This document shows, piece after piece, positions 9,969 to 19,081 of a DNA stretch of 64,000 bases (position 1 is its first letter; each line of letters begins with the position of its first letter). The DNA lies in NCBI GenBank assembly GCA_964202055.1, contig CAXNGS010000001.1, positions 358,439 through 422,438 on the forward strand. Direction: 5' to 3'. Both the position numbers and the translations under genes were made by a program. This stretch comes from Bdellovibrionota bacterium. GTDB taxonomy: Bacteria; Bdellovibrionota; UBA2428. The notes beneath the pieces were generated by a model. The model had not been told where the DNA came from and made no database searches. It was given only the letters and a program-made list of their open reading frames with translations.

Positions 9969-11171
9969 ATGAGGCCGCTTTCATTTTTTATAAATCGCCG
10001 CAGATTGAAGCTCATTTTTTTTGGATTCTTAGCCATGATCGGTGGCCCTTTGTTGTTGTTAATTTCATTAGAACTGGCGATTCGGGTGATCAAGCCCGAA
10101 CAAATAAACCCATGGCGATGGAATGCGGCTCGGATATTTAATCCGCCAAAACATTCATTAAATTCGCCCTTTCATCGGCTGATTCAACCGCCGAGGGATC
10201 CCGATGCTTCCTATCTGGATCATGAAATCAACACCGTGGAATTTAGCACTAAACGCGATTTTTCCCTGCGATACCCCAAAGATTTTTTCAATGATTCTTT
10301 GCGATTTAAGCCCAATTCCGATTTTCGTTCGATTGCCAAACACGATAAAGGGGTTTTGTTTAATGTCCGAATTCGATCAGATTCCTATGGACGCCGACTC
10401 ACGATTAACAAAGAGCCTCAAAAGAGAACTAAATTTTTACTAACCATGGGTTGTTCCTATGTCTTTGGTGAAGGACTCAATGATGAGGGAACCATGGCGT
10501 CTTCATTGGCGCGCAAGATGCCGGACTACATGGTTTATAATTACGGAGTTCCGGGTGCTTCACCTGTTCAAATGTGGCAGAAAGCCTCGCAAATGGATCT
10601 CAGAGCCGAAATTCCTGAAGCAAAAGGCACCGCTATTTATTTTCTTTACGCATTTCAACTTCAGCGTTTGCTCGGAAGTATGAAGTGGCTTCGCTATACC
10701 CCCTTGTCGGTTTATGGGCCATGGCTAGCAATGAACAAAAATGAAGACGATGTTGAAATTCGCGGGCGCTTAATAGACCGTAAGATTTTACTGGGTTGGT
10801 ACCAATTACTAGATGCCAGCGCGCTTGCCCAATGGCTAAATTTTGATTGGTTTCCGTGGTACACCGCTGATGATTATCGATTGATGGCGCTGACCTTAAA
10901 AAGTCTCGAAAAGCATCTTCAGCGTAAGTTGGGAATTAATCGTTTGGTTGTGGTTCTGGGGCCCTATTTACAAGGCGGAATCATTCGTGAAGTTCCTGGA
11001 ATAATCGCGGCCCTGAATGAGGAGAAACTGCATTCGCTTGATTTCACCCATTGGAATCTTCGAGAGCTGATGCTGAGATTGCCCAACATAGATGGCAATC
11101 ATCATCCATCGGCGGCCCATAATCGCTTTGTGACTCGATTTCTCGCTCCGGAATTAGAAAAAGAATTGTAG
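9969..11171 (+). CDS. Membrane-anchored SGNH/GDSL-like hydrolase/acyltransferase
   Basis: N-terminal TM helix; GCSYVFGEG block I, NYGVPG block II, DGNHHPS block V. Confidence 0.75.
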   Translation: MRPLSFFINRRRLKLIFFGFLAMIGGPLLLLISLELAIRVIKPEQINPWRWNAARIFNPPKHSLNSPFHRLIQPPRDPDASYLDHEINTVEFSTKRDFSLRYPKDFFNDSLRFKPNSDFRSIAKHDKGVLFNVRIRSDSYGRRLTINKEPQKRTKFLLTMGCSYVFGEGLNDEGTMASSLARKMPDYMVYNYGVPGASPVQMWQKASQMDLRAEIPEAKGTAIYFLYAFQLQRLLGSMKWLRYTPLSVYGPWLAMNKNEDDVEIRGRLIDRKILLGWYQLLDASALAQWLNFDWFPWYTADDYRLMALTLKSLEKHLQRKLGINRLVVVLGPYLQGGIIREVPGIIAALNEEKLHSLDFTHWNLRELMLRLPNIDGNHHPSAAHNRFVTRFLAPELEKEL

Positions 11172-11192
11172 TTTATAAACAGAATTGTCGAA

Positions 11193-11984
11193 TCATTGCC
11201 AGACCACTTCGCGAGTTGCGATCTTGTCTAGGTCTTCGTACTCGTGGCTGGTGATGAATCCCAAAGCAGAAACGTCTTTTCCGCGAACCGTAAAAATCAA
11301 TCGTTCACGGGCCGATAATTGAATGGCGTGCATATGAGTATAGCGGTTCATGATGTGATCTCGAAAACGGGCGTAATCAGCACTTTGGTGGGCGTCGAAG
11401 TATCCTTTTGATTCGACTAATTTTTTCCAAGAATCAAATCGTTTCTGAGCGCCGTCGCCATTTAAGAAAAGTGTTTCCATTTCGCGCAAGGCCCGATGGT
11501 TAAAAAATACTTTTCCAATTTTAACTTCTGCAGGCTTGCTTGTTTCGGGCCGAAAGGGCGAGCGTGAATTCGAAGTGGAATAAAATTTTGGATCGCTGAT
11601 GCGTTCAACGCTTGCCGAGTATTTAGCTAAAACTGCATCACTGTTCGCCTGGTCTCTGACCGCCTCAAACCACTGGGCCATCGCCAACGTTTCACTTTCC
11701 ATCTGGGCGCTTAGTGAACTGAGTTGTCGTGGATTGAGTTGAATTTGTTGTTCCAGTTCTTGAAGCCTTCGCTCAAAATAACTTAGCCATTCGGTTGCGC
11801 TGATTTGAGTCGGGCGTGAAGCAAGTTCTGGTCGCGTCCATGTCGCGGCCATTGTAAGTGGAAAACTGCAGCTATAAGCGGAAGGTGGGGGAGCGGAAGC
11901 TTCGGATGTGTGGATGAATGCAGCGTGGGCACCTGTGCTGCTCAAGAATCCAAGCAAGATCCAATATTTATTAAAAGTCCCCAT
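11193..11984 (-). CDS. Secreted protein with a C-terminal RelE/ParE-superfamily (mRNA interferase-like) domain
   Basis: Signal peptide AHA|A. The C-terminal ~105 aa read VFFNHRALREM...FDSWKKLVESKG...DHIM...HAIQLSARERLIFTV...ITSHEY, a RelE-like pattern. Confidence 0.55.
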   Translation of the reverse strand: MGTFNKYWILLGFLSSTGAHAAFIHTSEASAPPPSAYSCSFPLTMAATWTRPELASRPTQISATEWLSYFERRLQELEQQIQLNPRQLSSLSAQMESETLAMAQWFEAVRDQANSDAVLAKYSASVERISDPKFYSTSNSRSPFRPETSKPAEVKIGKVFFNHRALREMETLFLNGDGAQKRFDSWKKLVESKGYFDAHQSADYARFRDHIMNRYTHMHAIQLSARERLIFTVRGKDVSALGFITSHEYEDLDKIATREVVWQ

Positions 11985-12123
11985 TTCGGCGCCCGGAGCT
12001 TCTCATGAATAACGCGTGGTGTCAATTTGGCATTGGCCTCGCTCGAAGAAATCCCGACTTAGCTCAAGTATATGTTTTTATTGTTATATTTATTTAGATT
12101 AAACAGTCTATGTTAGTTTTGTT

Positions 12124-13326
12124 TCATGGTGCTAACTGAAATTTCTCGAAATCTGCCAGACTCGCTTCGATTCGTTTTTTAAGAGACGAGCCTTGGTAGC
12201 GACCGACCCAATTCCATTTTTGAATCAATAATTTTTGAGCATTCCGATCGGTCTTGAGATCCAGCGCCGCGACTACTTGGCCGTCGATTAAAACCGGAAG
12301 TGTAAAATAGCCAAAGACTCTTTTGGCTGGGGGAACATAGGCCTCAAAACGATGATCGTAATCGAAAAAAACTTTCAAACGCTTGCGCTGGATGATCAGC
12401 GGATCAAATGGAGAAAGAATGTGAACTTGGGCTGGATCGACTGTTGGAATCGAATCTAATTCCGATGGGCGAATCCAATGCGCGATTTTTTCAGAACCCG
12501 TGATTTGGATTTCGACCAATTCTTTAAGCTTTGTCATTTTTTCGAGAACTCGTTTAACACCAATTTTTCGTTTGGGTTCTAAATGGCAGATGGATTCTAG
12601 GGAAACAATTGATTGGCTGCGCAGCGATCGTTCCACCAGGTAATTTAAAATTTCGATTTCAGTAGCGGCTTTTGGTTTTTCAGACCAATTGAAATGGCGA
12701 TCGAGTAAATCATATTTTTTCAGCATTCCCTGGCGCTCGTTAACCACTAAGCGACCGCTGTAAAATCCCAGAAGCAGTGCTTTTCTTGAGGGCTTGCGAC
12801 TGCCCCAGGCGTGTTCCTTTTCAACCAGCACTTCGTCTTGGATGTCACGAATGGAAATAGGTCCCTGGCTTTTGATCATGCGCAAAACTTTTTGTAGTTC
12901 GTTTTTTTTCACAGCGCTTAGCCATTTGCCTGGAGATTTTTTTATGCGATTCATAGCCGGCAAAAAAAATCGGAAATCTTTTGCCGGCACATAGGAAAGA
13001 GCGTGGGTCCAATATTCAAACACTGTTTTGTTTTTGCTTTGAGCGTCATGAAGGTTTTGGCGTTCATAGCCAGGGATGCGATTGTAGAGAATGTGATGGT
13101 GGCAGCGCTCAATCACATTGATGGTGTCAATTTGCACGTAGCCTAAATGTTCGATGGCCTTTTGGGTGGCAAGCGCGCCGCCTGAACCAAAGGGCTCATT
13201 GACGTCGAGTTTTTGGGCTCGAATCCAAAGTCGGCGGGCCTGACCGGGGCTAATTTTGGGAATAGCATCGGTGCTAGGGCGGAGATTCATTAGAATCCTA
13301 ATAAGGGAAATTCCAGACTGAGACAA
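12124..13326 (-). CDS. ycaQ: YcaQ/AlkZ-family (HTH_42) DNA crosslink glycosylase; start may be 13290
   Basis: VQIDTINV (QxD catalytic motif), FEYWTHA, ILSPFDPLI, RFEAYVP..KR.FGYF.LPVL. Confidence 0.85.
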   Translation of the reverse strand: MSQSGISLIRILMNLRPSTDAIPKISPGQARRLWIRAQKLDVNEPFGSGGALATQKAIEHLGYVQIDTINVIERCHHHILYNRIPGYERQNLHDAQSKNKTVFEYWTHALSYVPAKDFRFFLPAMNRIKKSPGKWLSAVKKNELQKVLRMIKSQGPISIRDIQDEVLVEKEHAWGSRKPSRKALLLGFYSGRLVVNERQGMLKKYDLLDRHFNWSEKPKAATEIEILNYLVERSLRSQSIVSLESICHLEPKRKIGVKRVLEKMTKLKELVEIQITGSEKIAHWIRPSELDSIPTVDPAQVHILSPFDPLIIQRKRLKVFFDYDHRFEAYVPPAKRVFGYFTLPVLIDGQVVAALDLKTDRNAQKLLIQKWNWVGRYQGSSLKKRIEASLADFEKFQLAP

Positions 13327-13400
13327 TTCATGAAATAAGATGGCGAATGTTAATATTTGTAATTTGAGTTAAATCCAATGCTTCATGCGAGGATATTTTA

Positions 13401-14189
13401 ATGCCTGAATTGGCCGAAGTGGCGCTCTACGCACGTTCACTTAATCAAGTAAGCCGTCGTCAGCAAGTTTTGCGGGTGTCTTTTCCCAATCAAAAAGACG
13501 GTGGTCAGAAAATTATCGAACCGGAAGTTCAGCGAAAACTTAAAGAACTTGTGGGGACTTCACTTAGTTTTCATTCCAGAGGCAAAGGTTTGCTTTTGAA
13601 TGAGGCTAAATCAAATGAAGCGGTGGCTGAATTTCGATTGGGGATGACTGGGCAATTTCATCTGCAGGCTCCGCTTGGAAAGTGGAAGCGCCATTGTTTT
13701 TTGGAGATTGAATTAAAGGATCAAATCATTCATTACTCTGATGCTAGACGATTTGGTCGGGTGCAAGTACCTCGCGATATCGGCACCGCAATTGGCGGCT
13801 TTGGTGGCAGCAAGGGTTTTTGGGTCGAAAAAAAACCGCAACCTCCAAAAGGTTTTTTAACTCAATCCCGAATCAGTTGGTTGTTGGGAACGGGCCAGCA
13901 AAGTGGTGTCGGCAATTATATGGCCAACGAAGCTTTAGGTTTGCTTAAACTTTCGCCTTTTCAGCCTTGTCGCGATGAAGCTGAAGCTCGGGCACTTCTT
14001 CGCAAGTGCGCAGCCATTGCCCAATTAGCGTTTGATTTGGGTGCAGAAACCTATCGCGATCAATTTTACAACATGGCTATCGAAGGCAGCCAGCTTAGTG
14101 ATTTTTGCAAATTTTATGGCAATCCCAAAATCCCTCGCCAAGTTTACAGAGGGCGCCCGGTTTATTCGAAATTCCAGCTAGACTCCTAA
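13401..14189 (+). CDS. Fpg/Nei-family DNA glycosylase lacking the C4 zinc finger
   Basis: N-terminal MPELAEV, RGK, LGMTG, DARRFG, H2TH motif GVGNYMANEAL. No CxxC pairs at the C-terminus, which ends in RGRPVY. Confidence 0.8.
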   Translation: MPELAEVALYARSLNQVSRRQQVLRVSFPNQKDGGQKIIEPEVQRKLKELVGTSLSFHSRGKGLLLNEAKSNEAVAEFRLGMTGQFHLQAPLGKWKRHCFLEIELKDQIIHYSDARRFGRVQVPRDIGTAIGGFGGSKGFWVEKKPQPPKGFLTQSRISWLLGTGQQSGVGNYMANEALGLLKLSPFQPCRDEAEARALLRKCAAIAQLAFDLGAETYRDQFYNMAIEGSQLSDFCKFYGNPKIPRQVYRGRPVYSKFQLDS

Positions 14190-14273
14190 ACTAACTATGA
14201 GCCCCCGAAAAAATGGGAATTATTAGGCCGGTATTTTTTTACGGCAAATTTTTGTGCTTTAATTGATTTTGCT

Positions 14274-15668
14274 TTGAATCAGAAATTAGTGTTTTTCGCG
14301 AAAATTCTCCGAAAATATTTCGCTAGTTTTTATTTTCAATTTTTTGCATTGCTCGCTTTGATGAGTTTTTTTTATTTTCCAGGTTTTCCTGACTTCGACT
14401 GTGGTTGGATTTTTAAGTATCGCGAAGGCGGGCATGCGAGTGACTGGCATTCGCCCTTGATGAGTTACATGGCGTGGGTCCTGGATCGAATTGGATTTAG
14501 AAACGAAACATTTTTCCTGTTACACGCTGGAATGTTTTCCTACGGAATGGCTCAGTTCGCTCGCTTGCTGGTGAATGATGATCGTCACCGCATTGCTTAT
14601 TTTACTTTCATTTTGTTTTATTTCCCGCTGACACTGGCGGTTAGTTGCACCGGAAAGGATGCCGCATTCGTTGGGGCAATGGTGTTTAGTTCCAGTGCTT
14701 TGATGGTGGCTGAACAAAAAAAATCAAAATTGAATTTGTTGTTTTGCTTTGTTGGCCTTGTTTATGGATTTTCGGTTCGGCACAACGCTATATTTGCTAC
14801 TTTGCCATTTGTGTTTTGCTTCGAAGCGGCCATCCTTCGATTCTTTCCTGCGCTCCCTCATAAAACTAAAATTCCTTTCTATGGATTTTTGGCTTTAGTT
14901 GGACTTTGGGTGAGTGCTTGGTTGATTAAATATCCTATACTCAAAGCTAATCTTAGCTATCCAAGCCAGGTGGTGATGATTCATGACCTGGCGGCGGTAT
15001 CGTCTCAAAGTCAGCAAAATTATTTCCCAGAATTGTTTTTCGATGACGCAATTACCCCAACTTTAGAGTTTCTCGAAACTAGCTACACCCCCTCGGATAT
15101 AAGCCCATTAGTTTGGGGTTTGCCTTTGATTCAAGGGCAGCGCGAGCCTCGAGGTCCCCATCTCAGCCTTGTCACCCAGCAAGCGGAGTATTTGCAATTA
15201 AAACACCAATGGATCCATGGAATTTTAGCTTGGCCACAAATTTATTTAAAACATCGGGCCAGGGTATTTGGGGCTTTGCTGGGGTGGAGTCGTTATCCCG
15301 AGACTCGCGAAAATTATTGGCCCTATCGAATCATTCTCAAGGAATTCAGAACCAAGTACCGACCTGATTTTTTCTTTCCGGCCACTCAGATTAAGGAAAT
15401 CGTAAAACTAAGCAAAGATTGGTGGATTTTTAAAAATGGTTTTTATTTACTACTTTTGATTTTCGAATTTTTGATAGGTTGGAAACTTGGTTTAATGAAA
15501 AACCGATCATTTGTGGCTTTAAGCTTGAGTGCTTTTTGCTACATCTCGAGTTTTTTCTTTTTCGCGCCCGGGATGGTCTTTCGATATTTTTGGTGGCCGG
15601 TGGCAGTTTCGCTAATCTTGCCGGCGTTCATTCTGGGTCGTATTAAAAGGCGCTTGCTAAACTTTTAG
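14274..15668 (+). CDS. Polytopic membrane protein, probable GT-C-fold glycosyltransferase
   Basis: About 10 TM segments; DWHSP, KD and RHN motifs; large periplasmic loop; C-terminal FRYFWW. Confidence 0.55.
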   Translation: MNQKLVFFAKILRKYFASFYFQFFALLALMSFFYFPGFPDFDCGWIFKYREGGHASDWHSPLMSYMAWVLDRIGFRNETFFLLHAGMFSYGMAQFARLLVNDDRHRIAYFTFILFYFPLTLAVSCTGKDAAFVGAMVFSSSALMVAEQKKSKLNLLFCFVGLVYGFSVRHNAIFATLPFVFCFEAAILRFFPALPHKTKIPFYGFLALVGLWVSAWLIKYPILKANLSYPSQVVMIHDLAAVSSQSQQNYFPELFFDDAITPTLEFLETSYTPSDISPLVWGLPLIQGQREPRGPHLSLVTQQAEYLQLKHQWIHGILAWPQIYLKHRARVFGALLGWSRYPETRENYWPYRIILKEFRTKYRPDFFFPATQIKEIVKLSKDWWIFKNGFYLLLLIFEFLIGWKLGLMKNRSFVALSLSAFCYISSFFFFAPGMVFRYFWWPVAVSLILPAFILGRIKRRLLNF

Positions 15669-16868
15669 AATTTCGTTTGTACGCGAAAATCGACGGGCGA
15701 CCTCAAGAGCCATTCGAGTGTTGTGATACGGGCATTTCCAGAAATTCACTTTGGGCTGATCAATCCGTCGACCTTGGTGATTGAGTCCCCAAAACCATTC
15801 GCCGTTAGCATGATCAATTAAATGGACTTCAATGAATCTCCAAGTTTTTAGGGCAGCCGTTAGAAACCGTTGTTCTTTTGAAATTTGAAAGGCATTGAGA
15901 AATCCGACCACCGCTTCTGCTTGGGCCCACCAATCTTTGCAGTGGTCTATGACTCCGTTTTTGTTGCCTAGCCTGTAAATTCCTCCGTCTTCATCGGTGC
16001 CATTTTTCAGGGTGTGCTCTGCGCTGATTAATGCAAGTGCACGTGTCCGGTGGATCCATTCAGGCTTTGCTAAAATTTCCGAGGCTTCGCAAATCAGCCA
16101 AGAGGTTTCGATATCGTGGCCATAGGAAATTTGATCGGAGTTTGGTGTCCAATCTCGTTTGAGAAATAAAATCGAATGACCATCAGCTGCGATCACCCGA
16201 TTACAAAGAGCTTCAACGATCTCTTCAAGTGCTTTAAAAAGTTGGGGATCCGGCCAGACTCGAGCCAAATTTGCATAAGCTTCCATTAAGTGAAGCAGCG
16301 TGTTTTGAGAGTGAGAATCATTTTGATCGGTCGGGCTTAATCGGGTGTCAGGTTGTGGAAGCCACTCACGACTTAGCGATTCATAATAGCCGCCGAATTC
16401 GGAATCGCGAGCCTTGGCTTCAATTAAATGGAAAGTGTTTTTAGCCATTTCCAACGCTGCGATTTCGCCAGAGGCTGCGAAATACTCACTGAGTCCATAG
16501 ATCGCAAAAGCCTGGCCATAGAGATGCTTTCGATCATTTAAGACCCGATCATTAGGATGAATGGACCAAAAAAAGCCGCCGTGTTCAGGATCTAAATATC
16601 GCAGTCCAAGGTCTCGGTAGGCGAAACTCGCCATTTTCAAATATTCTGGGTTTGCTAATTTTTGGTAGGCTGCAGAATAAGCCCAGAGAATGCGCGAGCC
16701 TAGCACGGCGCCCCGCTCGGCTTTATGGTCTACCCATCGGTCATTGCTGAGAGCTCCATGAAAACTACGGCTTGAAGGGTTTTTTACGTGGCTAATCCAA
16801 AAGGGCAAGATGTTTTCTCGAAGGTCCGTTTGAATTCGATTGCACGCGTTTTCAAGGGCAGGCGTCAT
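15657..16868 (-). CDS. AGE-family epimerase (cellobiose 2-epimerase-like)
   Basis: ILPFW, RILW, YGQAFAIYGLSEY, NTLLHLMEAY, SYGHDIE, WWAQAEA, WKCPYHN. Start moved to ATG 16868 to avoid overlapping the divergent gene. Confidence 0.9.
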   Translation of the reverse strand: MTPALENACNRIQTDLRENILPFWISHVKNPSSRSFHGALSNDRWVDHKAERGAVLGSRILWAYSAAYQKLANPEYLKMASFAYRDLGLRYLDPEHGGFFWSIHPNDRVLNDRKHLYGQAFAIYGLSEYFAASGEIAALEMAKNTFHLIEAKARDSEFGGYYESLSREWLPQPDTRLSPTDQNDSHSQNTLLHLMEAYANLARVWPDPQLFKALEEIVEALCNRVIAADGHSILFLKRDWTPNSDQISYGHDIETSWLICEASEILAKPEWIHRTRALALISAEHTLKNGTDEDGGIYRLGNKNGVIDHCKDWWAQAEAVVGFLNAFQISKEQRFLTAALKTWRFIEVHLIDHANGEWFWGLNHQGRRIDQPKVNFWKCPYHNTRMALEVARRFSRTNEILKV

Positions 16869-16979
16869 GGGAATTTTTAGAATAGCCAGACTCCCGGATA
16901 CAGCAAGTTCCATTCGCAAAATTTGTCTGATAGTCTCGGGGAATCGATGGGAGTGCCATTTGCCTATTTTGATTTTCAA

Positions 16980-18011
16980 ATGGATTTTTCGTCATCCCAA
17001 GGTTTTTTTTCAACTCAAAATCAGACCACTATTGTTCCCAAACTGAAGCTTGATTTTATTCGTCAGTGTGTCTTCCGTGGGCACCGCAGTGGTTGGCGTC
17101 ATGTTTTAGAATGTTTGCGTCCACTCCATTTAAACTCTGGCATTGGCTGTGATGGTTTTCTCGAGAGCACCTTTCTTTGGCGATTTGAGCCCGGCTTGGC
17201 AAATCGCAATGTGGTCTATCAAGAACCCTGGGTTGGATTTTTACACAATCCGCCATCGATCCCGCCCTGGTATCCCGAAGAAGAGCGCTTTCATGAACCC
17301 CAAGCACTTTTGAAAAATCCGGCATTTGTTAAAAGTCTGGCAAACTGCAAAGGGCTTTTTGTTTTTTCTGAGCATTTGAAAAAGCACTTAAACACATTGG
17401 TCGACGTCGAGGTCGCCAGCGTGTTTCACCCGACCGCAATGCCGGATTTGAGTTGGGATCCGCTAAGATTTAAAAAAAATAAAGATAAAAAACTTCTTCA
17501 TGTTGGGAGCTGGCTTCGAAAATTTACCTCTTTCATGAGAGTTGCATCGCCCTATCGAAAAGTTGCCTTGGTCAACAGTCGCCATTTTTTAGAGGAATAT
17601 TGCGCCGAAGAGATTCGACATTACAATTCACTTCATCAGCCAAAAATTTCGACTCACAACAGTGACATTGAATTGATGGATCGAGTCTCTGACTCAAGCT
17701 TTGATAAAATGCTTGCGGAAAATGTGGTGTTTGTTGATCTTTACGATGCCAGCGCGAATAACACCGTGGTTGAATGCATCGTTCGCAACACTCCGATTTT
17801 GATTAATCGCCATCCCGCCACCGTTGAATATTTAGGTGAAAAATATCCGCTATTTTTTGAAGACCTGGGAGAGGCGGCACTTTTGCTGGCTGATCCCGAG
17901 AAAGTGTTTGAAGCCCATCGTTACTTAATAAATTCCGGCCTTAAAGAGCGACTTCATGGCGATCGTTTCGTTGAGTCCATTGCCAGCTCAGCTCTTTATA
18001 GGAATCTTTAA
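16980..18011 (+). CDS. GT-B-like putative glycosyltransferase
   Basis: GHRSGW, PWVGFLHNP, HPT, GSWLR, DASANNTVVECIVRNTPILINRHPA..EYLG..YPL. Confidence 0.55.
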   Translation: MDFSSSQGFFSTQNQTTIVPKLKLDFIRQCVFRGHRSGWRHVLECLRPLHLNSGIGCDGFLESTFLWRFEPGLANRNVVYQEPWVGFLHNPPSIPPWYPEEERFHEPQALLKNPAFVKSLANCKGLFVFSEHLKKHLNTLVDVEVASVFHPTAMPDLSWDPLRFKKNKDKKLLHVGSWLRKFTSFMRVASPYRKVALVNSRHFLEEYCAEEIRHYNSLHQPKISTHNSDIELMDRVSDSSFDKMLAENVVFVDLYDASANNTVVECIVRNTPILINRHPATVEYLGEKYPLFFEDLGEAALLLADPEKVFEAHRYLINSGLKERLHGDRFVESIASSALYRNL

Positions 18012-18013
18012 AA

Positions 18014-19081
18014 ATGCTTCGCACCCAAAGTGAGCGACAGCCGTCAAAGATCAAAAATTTATTACGCTGGCTTCTTCCTAAATTTAATCACCGAATTTCC
18101 ATTGGGCTGATTCGTTGGGCGGCAAGATTTTCGGCTTGGCTGCTGGCTCGAATTTTTGCGCTGAATCCCGGGGTTTCGAGTGTTTATTTGCGAAGGAGTC
18201 TGGCTAAGGGTGATTTTTATTTGGGGCTTTCTGACATTGATCTTTTGCTGGTTGTGAATGATTTCGAAGATCTCGAAAAGTTCGAGTCCATTACCGAATC
18301 GATTAAACGCAAGATTCCGTTGTTTGATTTTGAAGTTTGCACTCAGGATGAGTTGCTCTCGCGATTTAATGGCCGCGGATTTCATGCTTATCGATTGCTT
18401 GAGGGTTCGATGACTTGGAAGTTATTAGCCGGAAAGCCTCTGAAGGTTTTTGAGTTGCTTAAAAGTTTAACGGATTCGGAATTTAAAAAGATTTGCTTTT
18501 CAGAGTTACGATTGATCTGGACTTTGGTGAATCGAAAAATGTTCCAAGTTGAAGCTTTCGATTCAATGCCGATTTTATTTTACGAACATTTAATTTTTAA
18601 ATTTTTAGGCGAAATCAACACGGTGGTATTAAACGCTACAAAAAATCAGCGCAGCTTCAAACGCAGCTATCAAAATCTTGATTTTGAGGGTCCTGATTTT
18701 AGTACCTTCATCGAATTCCATAAGAGCCATTATCTGAGCAAAGCCTTTTCTAAGAATTTAGCGGAGTGCAAAGAGTGGGTTGAAAAGTTCCTTAAACACG
18801 CTGTGCTTTCTGTTGAACATTGTTTTGCGGAGCTTTCTAGCTCTCAGCGGCAAGAGTTTTTCTTAAACGACCCCCATGAGATTAAATTTTCGCGGCAACT
18901 CTTAACTCAACAAGTGTTCGAAGCCACGACTTTAAAAGTTGATGAACTGCGCCGCCAGATTCAAGATGGCCAAGTGGTCATTCATCGGGCTCGAGATTTT
19001 GTGATTAATTTCTCGAGTACCAGTCCCTATTTTTTAGAGCGCACGATCTTGTCGACCCTGCATTTTAATGAATTGCATTAA
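18014..19081 (+). CDS. Nucleotidyltransferase (pol-beta superfamily) domain protein
   Basis: SVYLRRSLAKGDFYLGLSDIDLLLVV matches the hG[GS]-x9-13-DhDh signature, with RS in place of GS. Confidence 0.65.
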   Translation: MLRTQSERQPSKIKNLLRWLLPKFNHRISIGLIRWAARFSAWLLARIFALNPGVSSVYLRRSLAKGDFYLGLSDIDLLLVVNDFEDLEKFESITESIKRKIPLFDFEVCTQDELLSRFNGRGFHAYRLLEGSMTWKLLAGKPLKVFELLKSLTDSEFKKICFSELRLIWTLVNRKMFQVEAFDSMPILFYEHLIFKFLGEINTVVLNATKNQRSFKRSYQNLDFEGPDFSTFIEFHKSHYLSKAFSKNLAECKEWVEKFLKHAVLSVEHCFAELSSSQRQEFFLNDPHEIKFSRQLLTQQVFEATTLKVDELRRQIQDGQVVIHRARDFVINFSSTSPYFLERTILSTLHFNELH

